Positions 1 through 12,915 of a stretch of DNA of 64,000 nt are shown piece by piece; positions within the stretch are counted from its first letter, which is position 1, and every line of letters starts with the position of its first letter. The stretch comes from Eledone cirrhosa (lineage: Eukaryota), in NCBI GenBank assembly GCA_964016885.1, contig OZ024740.1:287060001-287124000 (forward strand), read 5' to 3'. The notes beneath the pieces are model-generated. The model saw nothing but the letters and a program-made list of their open reading frames with translations, was not told where the DNA came from and did not search any database. A program made the position numbers and the translations under genes.

Positions 1-59
1 TTTTAATGTCAAGATGGACAACTCACTTTTTTTACATCATTAGAAGATAAAATATTAAA

Positions 60-325
60 CAGGAACTCAGAACTACAGTACTATAAACATAGAGCTACAC
101 TAGCAAAATCTCAGCACCACATTATCAGAAAATCAGAACTAACTTCACTATCATACAGTCAAACTATTATACATTTAGAGTTACACTACCATAAACTTAG
201 AACTACACTACTATAAACTTAGAACTACACTACTATGAATTATACTACCATATAACTAAACTATTATAAACCGAGAACTGTATTTCTATAAACCGAGAAC
301 TGCACTACTATAAACTATAGTACCA
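60..325. repeat. Degenerate minisatellite of about 22 bp (ataaacttagaactacactact)
   Basis: Clearest at 191-235 and 266-315. Confidence 0.75.
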
Positions 326-335
326 TAGACATTTC

Positions 336-595
336 TTCCTTGCCCATTTATTCCTGAGAGGGTCATGGGAGCAGAGTCCTCAAACATTCCCTCCAGTGAG
401 TTCAGTCAAAAGCAACTGTTCCCAACTGATCCAGCTGGATCCCCAAGCATGACCAGCTAAGCTCATGGATGTTATCCAACCATCTTGCTCAGGGTCTACC
501 CCTGGGTCTCCTATCTGTTGGTTTCGCCCATAAAATCTGTCTAGCAATTCTTTCCTGAAACATTCTAATCATATGTCCATAGTATTGGAGCTCAT
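336..595 (-). mobile_element. RTE LINE 3' end fragment
   Basis: Reverse strand reads LQYYGHMIRMFQERIARQILWAKPTDRRPRGRP; similar to 28400-28640. Confidence 0.75.
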
Positions 596-924
596 GAATA
601 TCCTTCATTTTATTAGTCACTTTCTGTAACTTTTTGAAAAGATGTTTTCATCTTGTTTTTGTTTATTAAATTAAAATATTAGTGTTGAGGGAAACTACTG
701 AGGGGGTTTGTATTGGCAAAGATTATTTTGATAAAGTTTATAAAATAGTTAAAGTTTTATATGTTGTAAAGAGATGAATTTCTAATGGTTTTTGGCAGGT
801 TCATTGCCTTTGTTTCTTCTCCAACAAAGGGTCTGACTCTAAGCATTTAGATACTTTTCTCCTAATGTTACAAAAACTTCTTTTTAACATTTAGTTGGTA
901 TTGGATGGCAGAATTGGTAGTTTT

Positions 925-1230
925 CTCCTTCTTTGCTCACTTATTCCATTCCTGAGTGGGTCATGGGGGAAGAGTCCTCAAACACTCCTTCCAGTTTGTC
1001 TTGTCAGAAGCAACCATCTCCAATTAATCCAGATGGATCCCCGAGCAAGACCATCCAAGCTTATGGACGTTATCCAACCATCTTGTTCAGGGGGTCTACC
1101 CTCGGGGTCTCCTGCTGGTTGGTTTTGCCCATAAAATCTGCCCAGCGATTCTTTCCTGAAACTTCTAACCTGTAATATTGGAGCTGTGATCTTTCAATTC
1201 AGAGAAGTAGGGGCTCTACATGGAGTGATA
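925..1230 (-). mobile_element. RTE LINE 3' end fragment
   Basis: Similar to 336-595 and 28400-28690 (gagtcctcaaacact...agcaac...gatcc...ccataaaatctg). Confidence 0.75.
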
Positions 1231-1359
1231 GACAAAATCCTATATATTTACTTAGGTCCCTTCAAATTCTGCATTGAAATAATGTCACGGCCAACTTTAC
1301 CTTTCATCATCTAAAGTTAATATAATAAAATAAATTATGAGTGAAGTACTAGGGTGGAT

Positions 1360-1562
1360 TTAACCCTTTAATGTTCAAACCGGCCAAAACCGGCCAGAAT
1401 TCTCTACCTCTTTCTGTTGAAACTGGCTGTAACTGGCCACTCATACTGATGTTAAGGTATTGTTCTCAAAATAAATACTTTCAAACTCTCATAGATTCAA
1501 TATTATGTGAGATATGAAAATACAATAGTAAATATAGAGTAATGTGAATGCTAAAGGGTTAA
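1360..1562 (+). mobile_element. TTAA-specific (piggyBac-like) MITE family A
   Basis: ttaa|ccctttaatg ... atgctaaaggg|ttaa; internal sequence shared with six other copies; inserted in a degraded SINE. Confidence 0.85.
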
Positions 1563-1638
1563 TCAATTAATCAATTAATCTCCAAATATTTGTGACCAAA
1601 GTACCTTGGCAGAATCAGTAAGAGAAACAGATTAGTTA

Positions 1639-1846
1639 CAGTATATACTGGAATATAAGCCGATACAAATATAAGCTGACCCCACTATTTTATGTGTGAG
1701 AAATGGGTAAAAGTCCAAACCTTAATTACCTAGAACTTGAAGTTGGTGAAAATTGTCAAAATATTGACCCTGAAAATAAGCCAATCCTGCTTCTATCATC
1801 AATTCTTTGATCACATACTCCTTGGTTTATATTCGAGTATATACTG
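1639..1846. mobile_element. Tc1/pogo (Tigger/Tc2-like) MITE
   Basis: TIR cagtatatactggaatataagcc / ggtttatattcgagtatatactg, with TA on both sides. Confidence 0.85.
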
Positions 1847-1849
1847 TAT

Positions 1850-2358
1850 GTTGCTTTATATTTTGAGTTCAAATCCTACTAAGGTAGACTTTGTCTTTCA
1901 TCCTTTCAACTATAAGGATGTTGGATTAGCAGTATTGATAGAGCGTTGGACATCATGCTTTGTGGCATATAGTTATGCCCCTTTATGTTCTGAGTTCAAA
2001 TCCCACTAAGATTAGCTTTGCCTTTCCTCCTTACAGGGTCGATACAATAAAGTACCAGTAATGAACTGGGTTGATTTAATTAACTTTTCCTTCCCTCCAA
2101 ATTGTTGGTCTTGTGCTTAAATTAGAAACCATTATAAAGGACGGTGGACCGGCAGTATCGGTAGACATCAGCCACTGTGCTTCGCAGCATAGAATTGCGG
2201 CCCTTTACGTTCTGAGTTCAAATCCTGCCACGGTTAGCTTTGCCTTTCATCCTAATGGGGGTTGATAAAATAAAGTACCAGTAACACTGGAGTCGATTTA
2301 ATTGACTTCTTCCTTCCCCATAATTGCTGGCCTTGTGCCTATATAAGAAACCATTATT
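1850..2358 (+). mobile_element. Cluster of three head-to-tail SINE family 1 copies
   Basis: B-box gagttcaaatcc and ctttcatcc(t) blocks near 1865, 1992 and 2214. Confidence 0.8.
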
Positions 2359-3894
2359 ATGTCTCAATATATTGTATAACCTTTTTACAGCACCCCTAGT
2401 TATTATTGTATGAATGAATTAGCCCTGGTAGCAATAATGAAGAAAAGATTATTATTATTATAATTATTAAGCAGTTCAAGTATTCTTTCATAGAAGTGAC
2501 TGTTGAGTATTTTAAGAAACCAACAAAGCCAGTTGCTGTACCAATACAGAAAAGTACTGAAAAATAGACTATTCAGTATATATCACTTTGTTTTCTCTTA
2601 CCTGTTTTTTATATATATATTATAATTTAGTCAAAGGAAAAGGAATAGTACCCATAACCTTTCAAGGTTTGTGAAAATAATAGAGCTAATGCTCAGCTTG
2701 AACATTTATAGGGGATTGTTTGCACAAAAGTGAGTGCAGAGAGGAAATTCAGAGGGGTGCTGTTTGTGGGAGGAAGGATTTGAAGTGAAGTGTTTAGTTC
2801 CCGATATACATAGCAAAGGCACTCTTCACGTCATCTAATGAAGAGTATGGCAATAGGAAAGGAAGAAAAGAGAAGAAAACAGTGCCAAAGGGTGTGCAGG
2901 GATGGGAGTGGGTGAGAGGCATGGAGTAAAAAGGGAAAGTTGCTGAATCTTAGTACATGTATTGCTGAGCAGAGAACTTTCAATGTCCTATTTACAAGAG
3001 AAATCTGTATACAGTCATTGGAAGATTCAGTATTCATTGGACAATTTGAACTACTGTAGAAGTATTGAGAGGGATAAATGCAGAGAGAGAGAGAGATTTA
3101 CATAAGCCATTTTGATAGCAACTCGGCCAAAGCCAACTCTGGTTTTATGAAATGAAACCACCCGTTTTAAAGAGTCCCTATTTATATTCTAACCTTCCCA
3201 CAATCTCATATAAAAACATTTTCAGTTATGTCCCAACTATTATCTTAATAATGAAATAATTAATAATTCTAATAAATCCCTCCAAATTTTTCATTAATTA
3301 ATTGAAATATAATGCCATGAGCAACATGTTAAGAAAATAGTTAAGACTAAATATGTGTTCCTTATTATAAAATAAATAATGCTTCTCCTTCCTCCTACCC
3401 CTCACTTCTACTTTTTGCTACCCACTTCACATAGTTCAGTAAATTCTAGTCTGGATATTTAAAAAAAATATTTTCAGAATTTTTCTTTGAAAGGGTGGAC
3501 AGTAGGAAACAGGGCTCAGAAAGAGGAAATGTAATACAATATGTCTGTCTTAGTTCTGTGAAGATGGTGGCTGACTTGTAGTGCCATTTTGCTATTGAAA
3601 TCCACACAGAAATGAAGCATTCAGTTATTCTGTAACCTTTTTTTTTATGATTCATTTCACATTATGTTTGGTCCTTGTGGCCAATAAAAAGTAGTAGTAG
3701 TAATAGTAGTAATCATCATTACCATCACCACTGCCACAACCTCTACCACTATCATTATTTTGAAATTATTACTATCATTATTTATTATTTCCAACTGTAG
3801 GGTCATGAAGTAGGCACAGCCAATGACTGCATGGGATCTTTTTATTGCTGTCAAATCTCTTTGTGATATTATAAGATATCTACTTAGTCATTGT

Positions 3895-4080
3895 AGTTTA
3901 ACCTTAGGTCAGCCCTGATCAAGCAGATATATGATCAAAAGCATTCCAGCTGTGACTAACCTATATTGTCTAATTTTTTATCCCTTTCTTTTATTATCTT
4001 TTTTTTAGATGGTAAGTGATTGTTTGAGAGAGATTTGGTTGTTGTTTCTACCAGGTTGAATGACCACATAGAGCTAATCA
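3895..4080. repeat. Old dispersed repeat family C (about 180 bp; more than 10 degraded copies)
   Basis: Motifs aggtcagccctgatcaagcagac..tgatcaaa..cattccag and gatttggttgctatttctagcagg..gaccacatag recur at about 13745, 14950, 15175, 19365, 23780, 45272 and 57915 (+) and 9205, 53450 and 61500 (-). Confidence 0.6.
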
Positions 4081-5449
4081 TGGAGTAGACTGTTTTATCC
4101 CAGTGACCAAATAATTAGAATCAGGCATTCGATCTGGTAGCAGGTGTAACCAACAATTGGAGAATCTGGTCTTAGGCTAAGTATAAAACTAATTTCTCCA
4201 GGTCTATGGATGGACTTGAAATCAGTAGTTCCATGTTAACATTACACTATTTATGTTAGTTAGACAATGTTTCTGACACATACAGTAGTTAATTGTGCCC
4301 CCTTCCACCATGGTACATTTTTACGACTAGGTGGACTGATCTCATACCATCATCATCATTGTTGTTGTCGTTTTAACGACTGATTTCCCTGCTAGCAAGA
4401 TGTTTACATAAACAATTAAACCACACTTACTTGTAAAGAATGCTATGTGTACATACATAGAGAAATTTACACATGCATGCACTAATTTGTATAGACATAT
4501 GTTTAGAAGGTATGTGCAGTATGTGCCACACATACTTTTGTGTACTGAAAAGCTTATAAGCTTCCAAGCTCACACACTCGTTCTTCTCAACACTTGTATT
4601 ATTATGAACATATAGACAATATATACTTTTGAACAATTCTATGGCAAGGCACACATGAACACACACATACACAGACACACATTGCAAATGCTTGCACGCG
4701 TGCATGCGTGTGCACACATGTACGCACTCAAGTCTCAGCCTCCATTTTGACAGCTGTCAGATGGAAATATCAACACACTACCATGACCCACTTAAACCTA
4801 TACTAACTATGAGAGAGAATCTAAACAGGTCTGTGATACTTACACATGTAAATAACCTTTTAATAGTGGAGCAGCTGGGTGGTGGTATGTGGCTTAGTGG
4901 TGTTGGGGGTGGTGTTTATTAGATGGCTAAAGATCACCAAGATCACCCTACATATTTTGTAGGATATGTTTATATGGTGAAGAGAGATGGAGGTGATTTT
5001 CTACAGCTAAAGATCACCAAAAAATGGTTGTAGGATTTGCTACAAGATTTCAAAAACAAATAAAGTCAGCTGTACACCAAATACAAAATGTAAAGTGAAA
5101 ATTCAGTACACAGAAGTATAATTATATGCTAATCAGCATTTTTTACATAGCTAAAAGGTATATAGGGTAACGAGTCTGACACTGGCCTTTCTGGTGCCAA
5201 TGCTCTTTGCCGAACACTTGTTGAAGTATATCTCCCCCGTAACCATATTATATCTTGTAAACATGAATGTACTATTTTGTTATAACAAAATGAATAAAAA
5301 TATTGTTACAAGATAACATTATTTAAAAAATTTTGTTTCAAAAGGATATTTTATATTAAAACAATTTTGTTACAAAATAATATTTTATTAAAATAGAATA
5401 CTTGTTACGAAGTAAAATTGATTACAAGATTGTTACATTATATAAAATA

Positions 5450-5527
5450 CAGGCTGTCCCAAAAAATATATACACACTTTGATTAGAATGCTGTTGAAGT
5501 GTATATATATTTTGGGGACACACCCTG
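5450..5527. mobile_element. Miniature Tc1/mariner-like foldback element (78 bp)
   Basis: TA|caggctgtcccaaaaaatatatacacactt ... aagtgtatatatattttggggacacaccctg|TA. Confidence 0.7.
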
Positions 5528-6844
5528 TATTTTGTAAGATTTTGTAATAAAGTGAATTTAGAGCATTTTGTTACAAGATAAACTCAGTTACAAGGTAAAC
5601 TCAGTTACAAGATAAACTCAGTTACAAGATAATATTTGCAATAGTTTGTTAGAAAATAAAATTGGTTACAAAATTTTGTTACAAAACAAAATTGGAGGTT
5701 TACATAGAATCAGTTATGGGAAAACAATCAAGGAAAACCAACATATCCAAAAGGTATGAAATGAGACATTCCCATAGGAGACAGCCATATAAAGTCAGTA
5801 AAGGGACTCAATGCCAAGAAGACCCTAACTACTAAGAACAAGTGCTCCCTCCCAGCTGTGTTAACCACCTTACATGTGTATGCTGAGAGTAGTTCCATTC
5901 ATATGAGCTATTCTCACCACTCTGAAACATCTTTCAGCAAATTCACTCATTAATGAGCAGCACCTTCTTCACAATTTCCTTCCTCTTCAAATGGAATTTG
6001 AAGTTGATGAAGACTTAGACTAAAAGGAAAGTGTTTGTTTTGTGTGCTTTAATCTTATCCACCTTGCAATCTCTTTTGCTATGGCCACCGGGATTAGAAA
6101 AAAATTGCCGTCCCTTTCTGGCTAAAGAATGGGGTAATTCTCACAATGGCTTCAGCTAATAGCCAAATGTGTCCTGCACATGATAATAGCTGTTCGGCAT
6201 AACGCCAGACATTAGTAATGCTCAGCACATAATGCAAAATAGTGATGTCGCAGTACCAGTTAATAAAGGCAATTGAGATAGGGTGATCTAAGCAACTCTT
6301 AGCTATCTGATTTCATGTGTTTCTGCATTCATTAAAGACTAGTTTAATAGGAAAAAAATAAACATTGAAAGTTGAGATTAGCTTACAAACATTCAGTGTT
6401 TGCAGTTTTAATCATAAAACTGCTTTTATCAGAAAATTATTATTACTATTAACTTTTTTATTTATGGTTTGAGAAATAAATCAAGGGTTTTCTTTTTATT
6501 AGAATTGCTGTTTTTGTTATTATCATTATTATTTAGCATATCTATGATTTTATCATGAAAGTAAGGTCAAGACCTAGACACTTAAGAATAACTTATCAGT
6601 TTCAGTTATATTTCTTGCTGAGTCTTCAGAAATTAATCTCTAAATAAATGTAGGTCTGTTTGTAAATCCTTAACATTTTTATGTACTGTAAGTGTTTTGC
6701 TATATAGCATGCAGTGAGTAGAATGACTGATTTACTGCTTTCAATGGACATCTCATGTCACCAATGACTGGGGCTTTAGATTTTTCTCATCACATTCTTG
6801 ACAATAATGGCTGTTAATTCCCATTCAGGTTTTCCTTTAGCTGT

Positions 6845-7160
6845 AGTTTAACATCCTGAGTTCAAATCCCGCCGAGGTTAACTTTGCCTTTCATCCTTAC
6901 GGGGTCGATAAAATAAAGTACCAGTAATGTACTGGGTAATTGCTGGCCTTGTGCCAAAAGTAGAAACAATTATTATGGCTGTATCGGTAGAGAGTCGGAC
7001 GCCATGCTTTAACGCATAGAGTTACGGCCCTTGCCATTCTGAGTTCAAATCCCACTGAGGTTAACTTTGCCTTTCATCCTTACGGGGTCGATAAAATAAA
7101 GTACCAGTAATGCACTGAGATAATTGCTGGCCTTGTGCCAAAAGTAGAAACAATTATTAT
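6845..7160 (+). mobile_element. Two tandem SINE family 1 copies
   Basis: Two near-identical gagttcaaatccc...gtagaaacaattatta blocks. Confidence 0.88.
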
Positions 7161-8410
7161 ATATGTTTTATTATTTGTCAATAAAGAATTCATTATTCTT
7201 AGCTCTGTACTATTGATTTACATGTGTGCCACATTCCTAATAATATCTATTAATACTCCTTCCCCATCTAGTGTATGTCTATGTCTCTGTGTCATTGTCT
7301 GTGTGCATGTGCATGTGTGTATGTATGTATGTATATATGTATGTATGTAAGCATTGGATTCTCCTGTTGATTTTGGCATATGGAAGTCTAACAGCCAAGT
7401 TTTTATGTTTTTTCTTCTAGTTTTGATGTTAATGTCTTTTATGAGATTTTAATGCAGCCAATGATTTGCAGACTCAACTGCAGATTAAACATGAGAGAGG
7501 ACTGGTACACTGAGTGGGTGGAGTGTTTAATCAAATCTTCAGTTTTGCTCCAAACTTTAAAATAATCCAGACTGCTTGTTTCATAATTTTTCATAGCTTT
7601 ATAGCAGGTTAACCTCCATTTATTTTGATTCTGTGCAGTTGTTTTAAATCTTTCTGTTAGGAATATAAATATATGTGTGCAGGGTGGGCGGAAAGAAACT
7701 CCCTATTTAAAATTGTTAATAACTTTATTAATTATTCGGCGATTTTCATAAAATATGTTTTATTTTGAACAGTATAATGATAGAAGTACAGTATAGTGTT
7801 ATAATTCTACATAGGTACTAGCATTGTCCACCAGTGTCTGTACTCATCTCAGTATATGCTCAACTGGCTTCATCAGGAACTCAGACGGTATGTTGGTCAG
7901 TACATGACGAATGCATTCTTCTAATTGAGTCAGAGTTTTTGGTTTTAAGCTATAAACTTCTTCCTTTGCCTACCCACACAGGAAAAAAAAAATCACATTC
8001 CTGTGAACCACAATGACCCACCCATCGTCCTGGAAATTGGACATCACTCTCCACCTCCAAATGCTTATTTTAACAACTCTAGGAGGATGAAAAGCAAAGT
8101 TGACACCAGTACAATTTTAACTCAGAATGTAAACTAATTACTGTGAGATATTTTTGTTTGTTGCTCATACAAACTTTAGAATGAAACCCATTAAGCCCTG
8201 ACCCCTTGTCATGTATGCAACCCCTAACCCTAGGCATTCACATGGAAATTACTGAAGAAAGTATATTCCTCAATTAAAACAAAAATAAAATGATGAATGT
8301 GTGAACTTGACAAAAATCACAGCAATGCCTTCCAATGTAAAATAACCAATGGTTTATGCAGAAAACAATATAGATAATAGTAGTAATACTGGCTGGTAGC
8401 ATCAAAGTGT

Positions 8411-8639
8411 TTAACCCTTTAGCATTTACATTACTCTATATTTACTATTATATTTTCACGGTAAAGGCTTTACCTCATATAATTATCTCACGTAATATCG
8501 AATCTATGAGATTTTGATATTATCTATTTTGAGAACAATACCATAACACCAGTATGAGCGGCCAGTTACAACCGGTTTGAACAGAAAGAGGTAAGAGAAT
8601 CCTGGCCGGATATGGCTGGTTTTAATGCTAAAGTGTTAA
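8411..8639 (-). mobile_element. TTAA MITE family A
   Basis: ttaaccctttagcattt ... aatgctaaagtgttaa; reverse orientation. Confidence 0.85.
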
Positions 8640-10049
8640 CATATAGAAGCCACCAAAGTCTTGTAGAAATAACCACAGAAAGTTTTAATTCTATGTTCTA
8701 TCAATAGTGAGTCAATGTGATATTTTCAGGTAGATTGACAAGAGGCTTTATTGAAGACAGTAAACAGGTTCTGATATTTTAGTGGAGCCAGTGGTTTATG
8801 GACAGTGTGAAGGAACTTAAGAAACTTCTTTCTTTGATTGGAACAAAAGAGTTCATTCTGCCTCAATACAATAAATATATGAGACATGTTTTGCTATGGT
8901 AAGATAGGTGAAATGAGAGCAATAAGTAAACTACTAGAGTGGAATAAAGTGTATTATGTGAGTTGAGTGTAGCTTGAAGATCTCTCTAGTAACTGTGCAG
9001 GTGTGGAGATGACTGGGCAAGTAGGTGTGCCTGCATCACCACCACCGCTATATACATCAACTATCACATAATCACCATCCCCTCCACAATTAATGTTCTC
9101 ATCACAAAATCTATTACCCCCCCCTCCCCCCCTCCCCCAATCCTCTCATACATCAATCACCCCTTCACCATCAAATACTCTCTCTCTCTCTCTCTCTCTG
9201 CATGAGCTAATGAGGAAACCTTTATGTGATTGCTCACCCTGCTAGAAATAGCAGCCAAACTTTCTTCAATTCACACCCTACTATCTTATATGAAGAATTA
9301 TACATTGGACAAAAAGGGATGATCACATCATACATAGGTTTATATGATCAGGGCTGATATGGAACTATGGATGATAGTGTATTTTTATCTCCCAAAAGAA
9401 GAATATTTTTGTCCATACCATTTATTGTCCTCAATTAGATAGAATTAGTTGTAAACAACCAAATCATTGTCACCTTGAGTATTTTCCCTTTCTTCTCAGT
9501 GACCACCATTACAGCTTTCTTTGAGTCAGATGTACTGGCAACTTGTTATCATATGTCCTGCAGCAGGTGTTTCTCAACCTTTAAAACTGGAGCAATTGGT
9601 GTATTAGCAAATCATTCAGCAATATATGATATAAGAGCCCTCTAGTTAAGTTGCCTAACTGACTACCTTTCATCTCTTAGATCTTAAATTTTCTGTCAAA
9701 CCTTTCATCTCTTAGATCTTAAATTTTCTGTCAAACCACTTTCTCAGAAACACACTAGCAAGTGTTGTGTACCTCATCATCATCATCATCTTCGCATGGG
9801 TTAGACGGGATGTTAGCATGGGTTAGACGGGAGTTGTCCCACTTGAGGCAAGGTTGGTCGGGTGACCGTGTCTCGCTCATATAGGACTATCTGGCAGGTT
9901 TTCTACGGCTGGATGCCCTTCCTAACACCAACCTCAATGTTCAGTTATATCTCACACTCTTCTTGCTGTACATTAAGGACCAACTTGTGAGTCACTTCTA
10001 ACTACAAACACCACAAGTATCACCAACATGCAAACTAAATACTTCATGC

Positions 10050-10820
10050 AAGACTTGCACAGTCACTACAAATAGAAACAGAAAAACTCCTTCATTCAAG
10101 ACATGCCAATCTAATCCATTTTAGCAACAATTCCAAGACACACACATGCTGCACATTTTAAGGAAAGAGTCTTGTACTTCACCCTCTATTCATAAAGCCA
10201 TCAAAGTCACTACAAATGCTATGTCTTACGATCTCTGATGTTCTCTCAAGCCATACCAATGCCATTATCTGTATATAACATTGTCAAAACAGTATCTCAA
10301 AAATTTGGATTAATCTTTAGAGTTAATACTTCAGCTCTGAACAATTGCTGACCTTCTACAAAGCCAAATCAAGGCCTTCATTGGAGTCAGGGCTGGATTA
10401 ATCATTAACCAAATTAAGCACATGTTTGGGGCTTCAAGGAAGAGGGGTACCATTTTATTTAAATAAAATGCATTTATCACCCCACCCCCGATGTGTGTGT
10501 GTGTGGGGGGGCTTTATGTATGGTGTGCCATAATGTATGAAGCACCATAATGTTTTAAATGCTTCTGCCCCAAATTAACATAATCTGACCCTGATTAAGT
10601 GATTGGGGTGGGGGGCTGTTACACAGACACAACATCTTAGATCACACCAAAAATGAAGGTCATCATGCTGAAATCACTGGCTCACAGACTGTGCTGTTAT
10701 TTTTTCCTCTCCTATGGCAACTAATACTAAAATTATCTCTCAACTAGTAAGATCTATAGCCAGGCTCAGCAGGCACCACTCACTCTCTTTAATGTCACTT
10801 CACTTTCACACCCTCCCTCC
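10050..10820 (+). mobile_element. Degraded CR1/L2-like LINE fragment interrupted by a hAT-like MITE
   Basis: SSEQLLTFYKA..RPSLE at about 10330-10387, followed after the MITE by WGGA..SLAHR remnants. Confidence 0.45.
10388..10593. mobile_element. hAT-like MITE (cagggctggatta ends)
   Basis: Imperfect TIR cagggctggatta / taatctgaccctg; TSD degraded. Confidence 0.55.
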
Positions 10821-11429
10821 ATTACTACCTTACCCAACCAAACCAAGCTAGCATGGAGAAGGGATCACACCCCTACCAATGTACTGCTAGTGGGGGTGCT
10901 GTGCTGATTCTCTTCTAGTTCACCTTTCTCTTACCTCTCCTTTAGCATGCAACAATTAGCTTCCCTCCTCACATCACAGCCTCCTCATTCTGATCACAAA
11001 ATGAGTGCTGGTGCCATGACAATGCACTCAACCTACACAATAAGGTGGTAGTATTAGTGCTACTACAAAAATGCAGCATTACTGGATATAATGCACCCAT
11101 CCCACACTGTAAAGCAGTTATGCTGGTGCCATGACAAAAAGCAACCCGTCCACTTTGTAAGGTGGTAGTGCTGTTGCCTAGGCAAAAACCACTCAGTTCA
11201 CCCTATAAGATGGTAGTACCGGAGTCACAATAAAATACACATAACCAGTGTAAAGTGGTTGCCATTAAGAAGGTCATTCAGCTGTAGAAACCGAGGTAGT
11301 CACCTGACTAGTCTAGCCTCAGTGCATGACAATCTGTCTAAGCTAAGCAAGCATGGAAAATAGCTGATAATGATGATTGGCCCTAGTGTATCTTACCCCC
11401 TCCTTAAATTCATTATTTATACTTTCCTA

Positions 11430-11618
11430 GTGGATTGGCAGTATCGGTAGAGGGTCGGACGCCATGCTTTCCAGCATAGAGTTACGTCCCTTTACGATCT
11501 GAGTTCAAATCCCGCCGAGGTTGACTTTGCCTTTCATCCTTACGGGGTCGATAAAATAAAGTACCAGTAATGCACTGGGTAATTTGCTGGCCTTGTGCCT
11601 AAAGTAGAAACAATTATT
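11430..11618 (+). mobile_element. SINE family 1, full length
   Basis: Same consensus; TSD-like attatttatacttt(c/a)ctag on both sides. Confidence 0.9.
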
Positions 11619-12319
11619 TATACTTTACTAGAACAGCAGCTCTCTAGAACCTGAAGAGCATCAACATTCACCATGAAGTGGAGAGGGGTGTACAAAGGTC
11701 ATAAGCACTGCTTCATCTCCAGCTAAACAATTCTTATTTCCATAACAAACTGTCCACACAACCTCCAGTTCTATCATTTGTACTTCTATAACATATTTAT
11801 CCACATACTATTTCTATTCCACCACCACTGCCTACATCATTACCATCTTTACCACCCATACTTCCACTACAATCTCTATCCACCACCATACATCACTGGC
11901 CACCCCCTATATATCAATTACACCCCACTCCCTACACAATTACAGCTATTACAACTCATCACAAGCCAACAATAATAACAACAGCAACATGGCTACTATA
12001 ATAATGTAAATTGAATTGCTGAGAGTTTGTCATCTGAGAAACCTCCAGCTAATCACTCTATCATGTGACATTTCTTCCCTCCTCCCCCTTCACTCTCTTT
12101 ATATAACCATCTATATCTATCTATATATTTCTCCTGGCCCCCTCTCTCTCCACTCATACACACATAATCAATCTGTCAATCTAACTGTGGTTACTTTACA
12201 TCTCTCAATCTATCAGACAGGGTCCATATTAATATACATAATGTAGAGGAACAAGCAATTTTAATTAAAACTTCACCACTGGGGAGGAGAAAGAACCATT
12301 AGCTTAATATCAATTTGAT

Positions 12320-12915
12320 TGTATGTGTACATGTATGCATGTATGTGTGTATTTCTGTGTGTGTATATATATATATATATGTATCTGTGTGTGTTTGTGT
12401 GTGTGTGTACATATATATATATGTGTATGTGTATGTATCTATGTGTCTGTGTATATATGTGTGTGTATATATATGTGTGTGTGTGTGTTTGTGTTTGTGT
12501 GTGTGTATATATATATGTGTATGTGTATGTATCTATGTGTCTGTGTATATATGTGTGTGCATATATATATATGTGTGTATATATATATGTATATGTGTGT
12601 TTGTGTGTATGTGTATATATATATGTGTATGTGTATGTATCTATGTGTCTGTGTATATATGCGTGTGTATATATATATGTGTGTTTATATATATATGTAT
12701 ATGTGTGGGTGTGTGTGTGTGTGTACATATATATATATGTGTATGTGTATGTATCTATGTGTCTGTGTATATATGTGTATGTATCTATGTGTCTGTGTAT
12801 ATGTGTGTGTGTATATATATGTGTGTATATATATATATATGTGTGTGTATATATATATGTATATGTGTGGGTGTGTATATACGAGTGTGTATATATGAAT
12901 GTGATTATATGTATG
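12320..12915. repeat. Compound (TG)n/(TA)n microsatellite with higher-order units
   Basis: The landmark atctatgtgtctgtgtatat recurs at 12437, 12531, 12639, 12753 and 12783. Confidence 0.95.
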
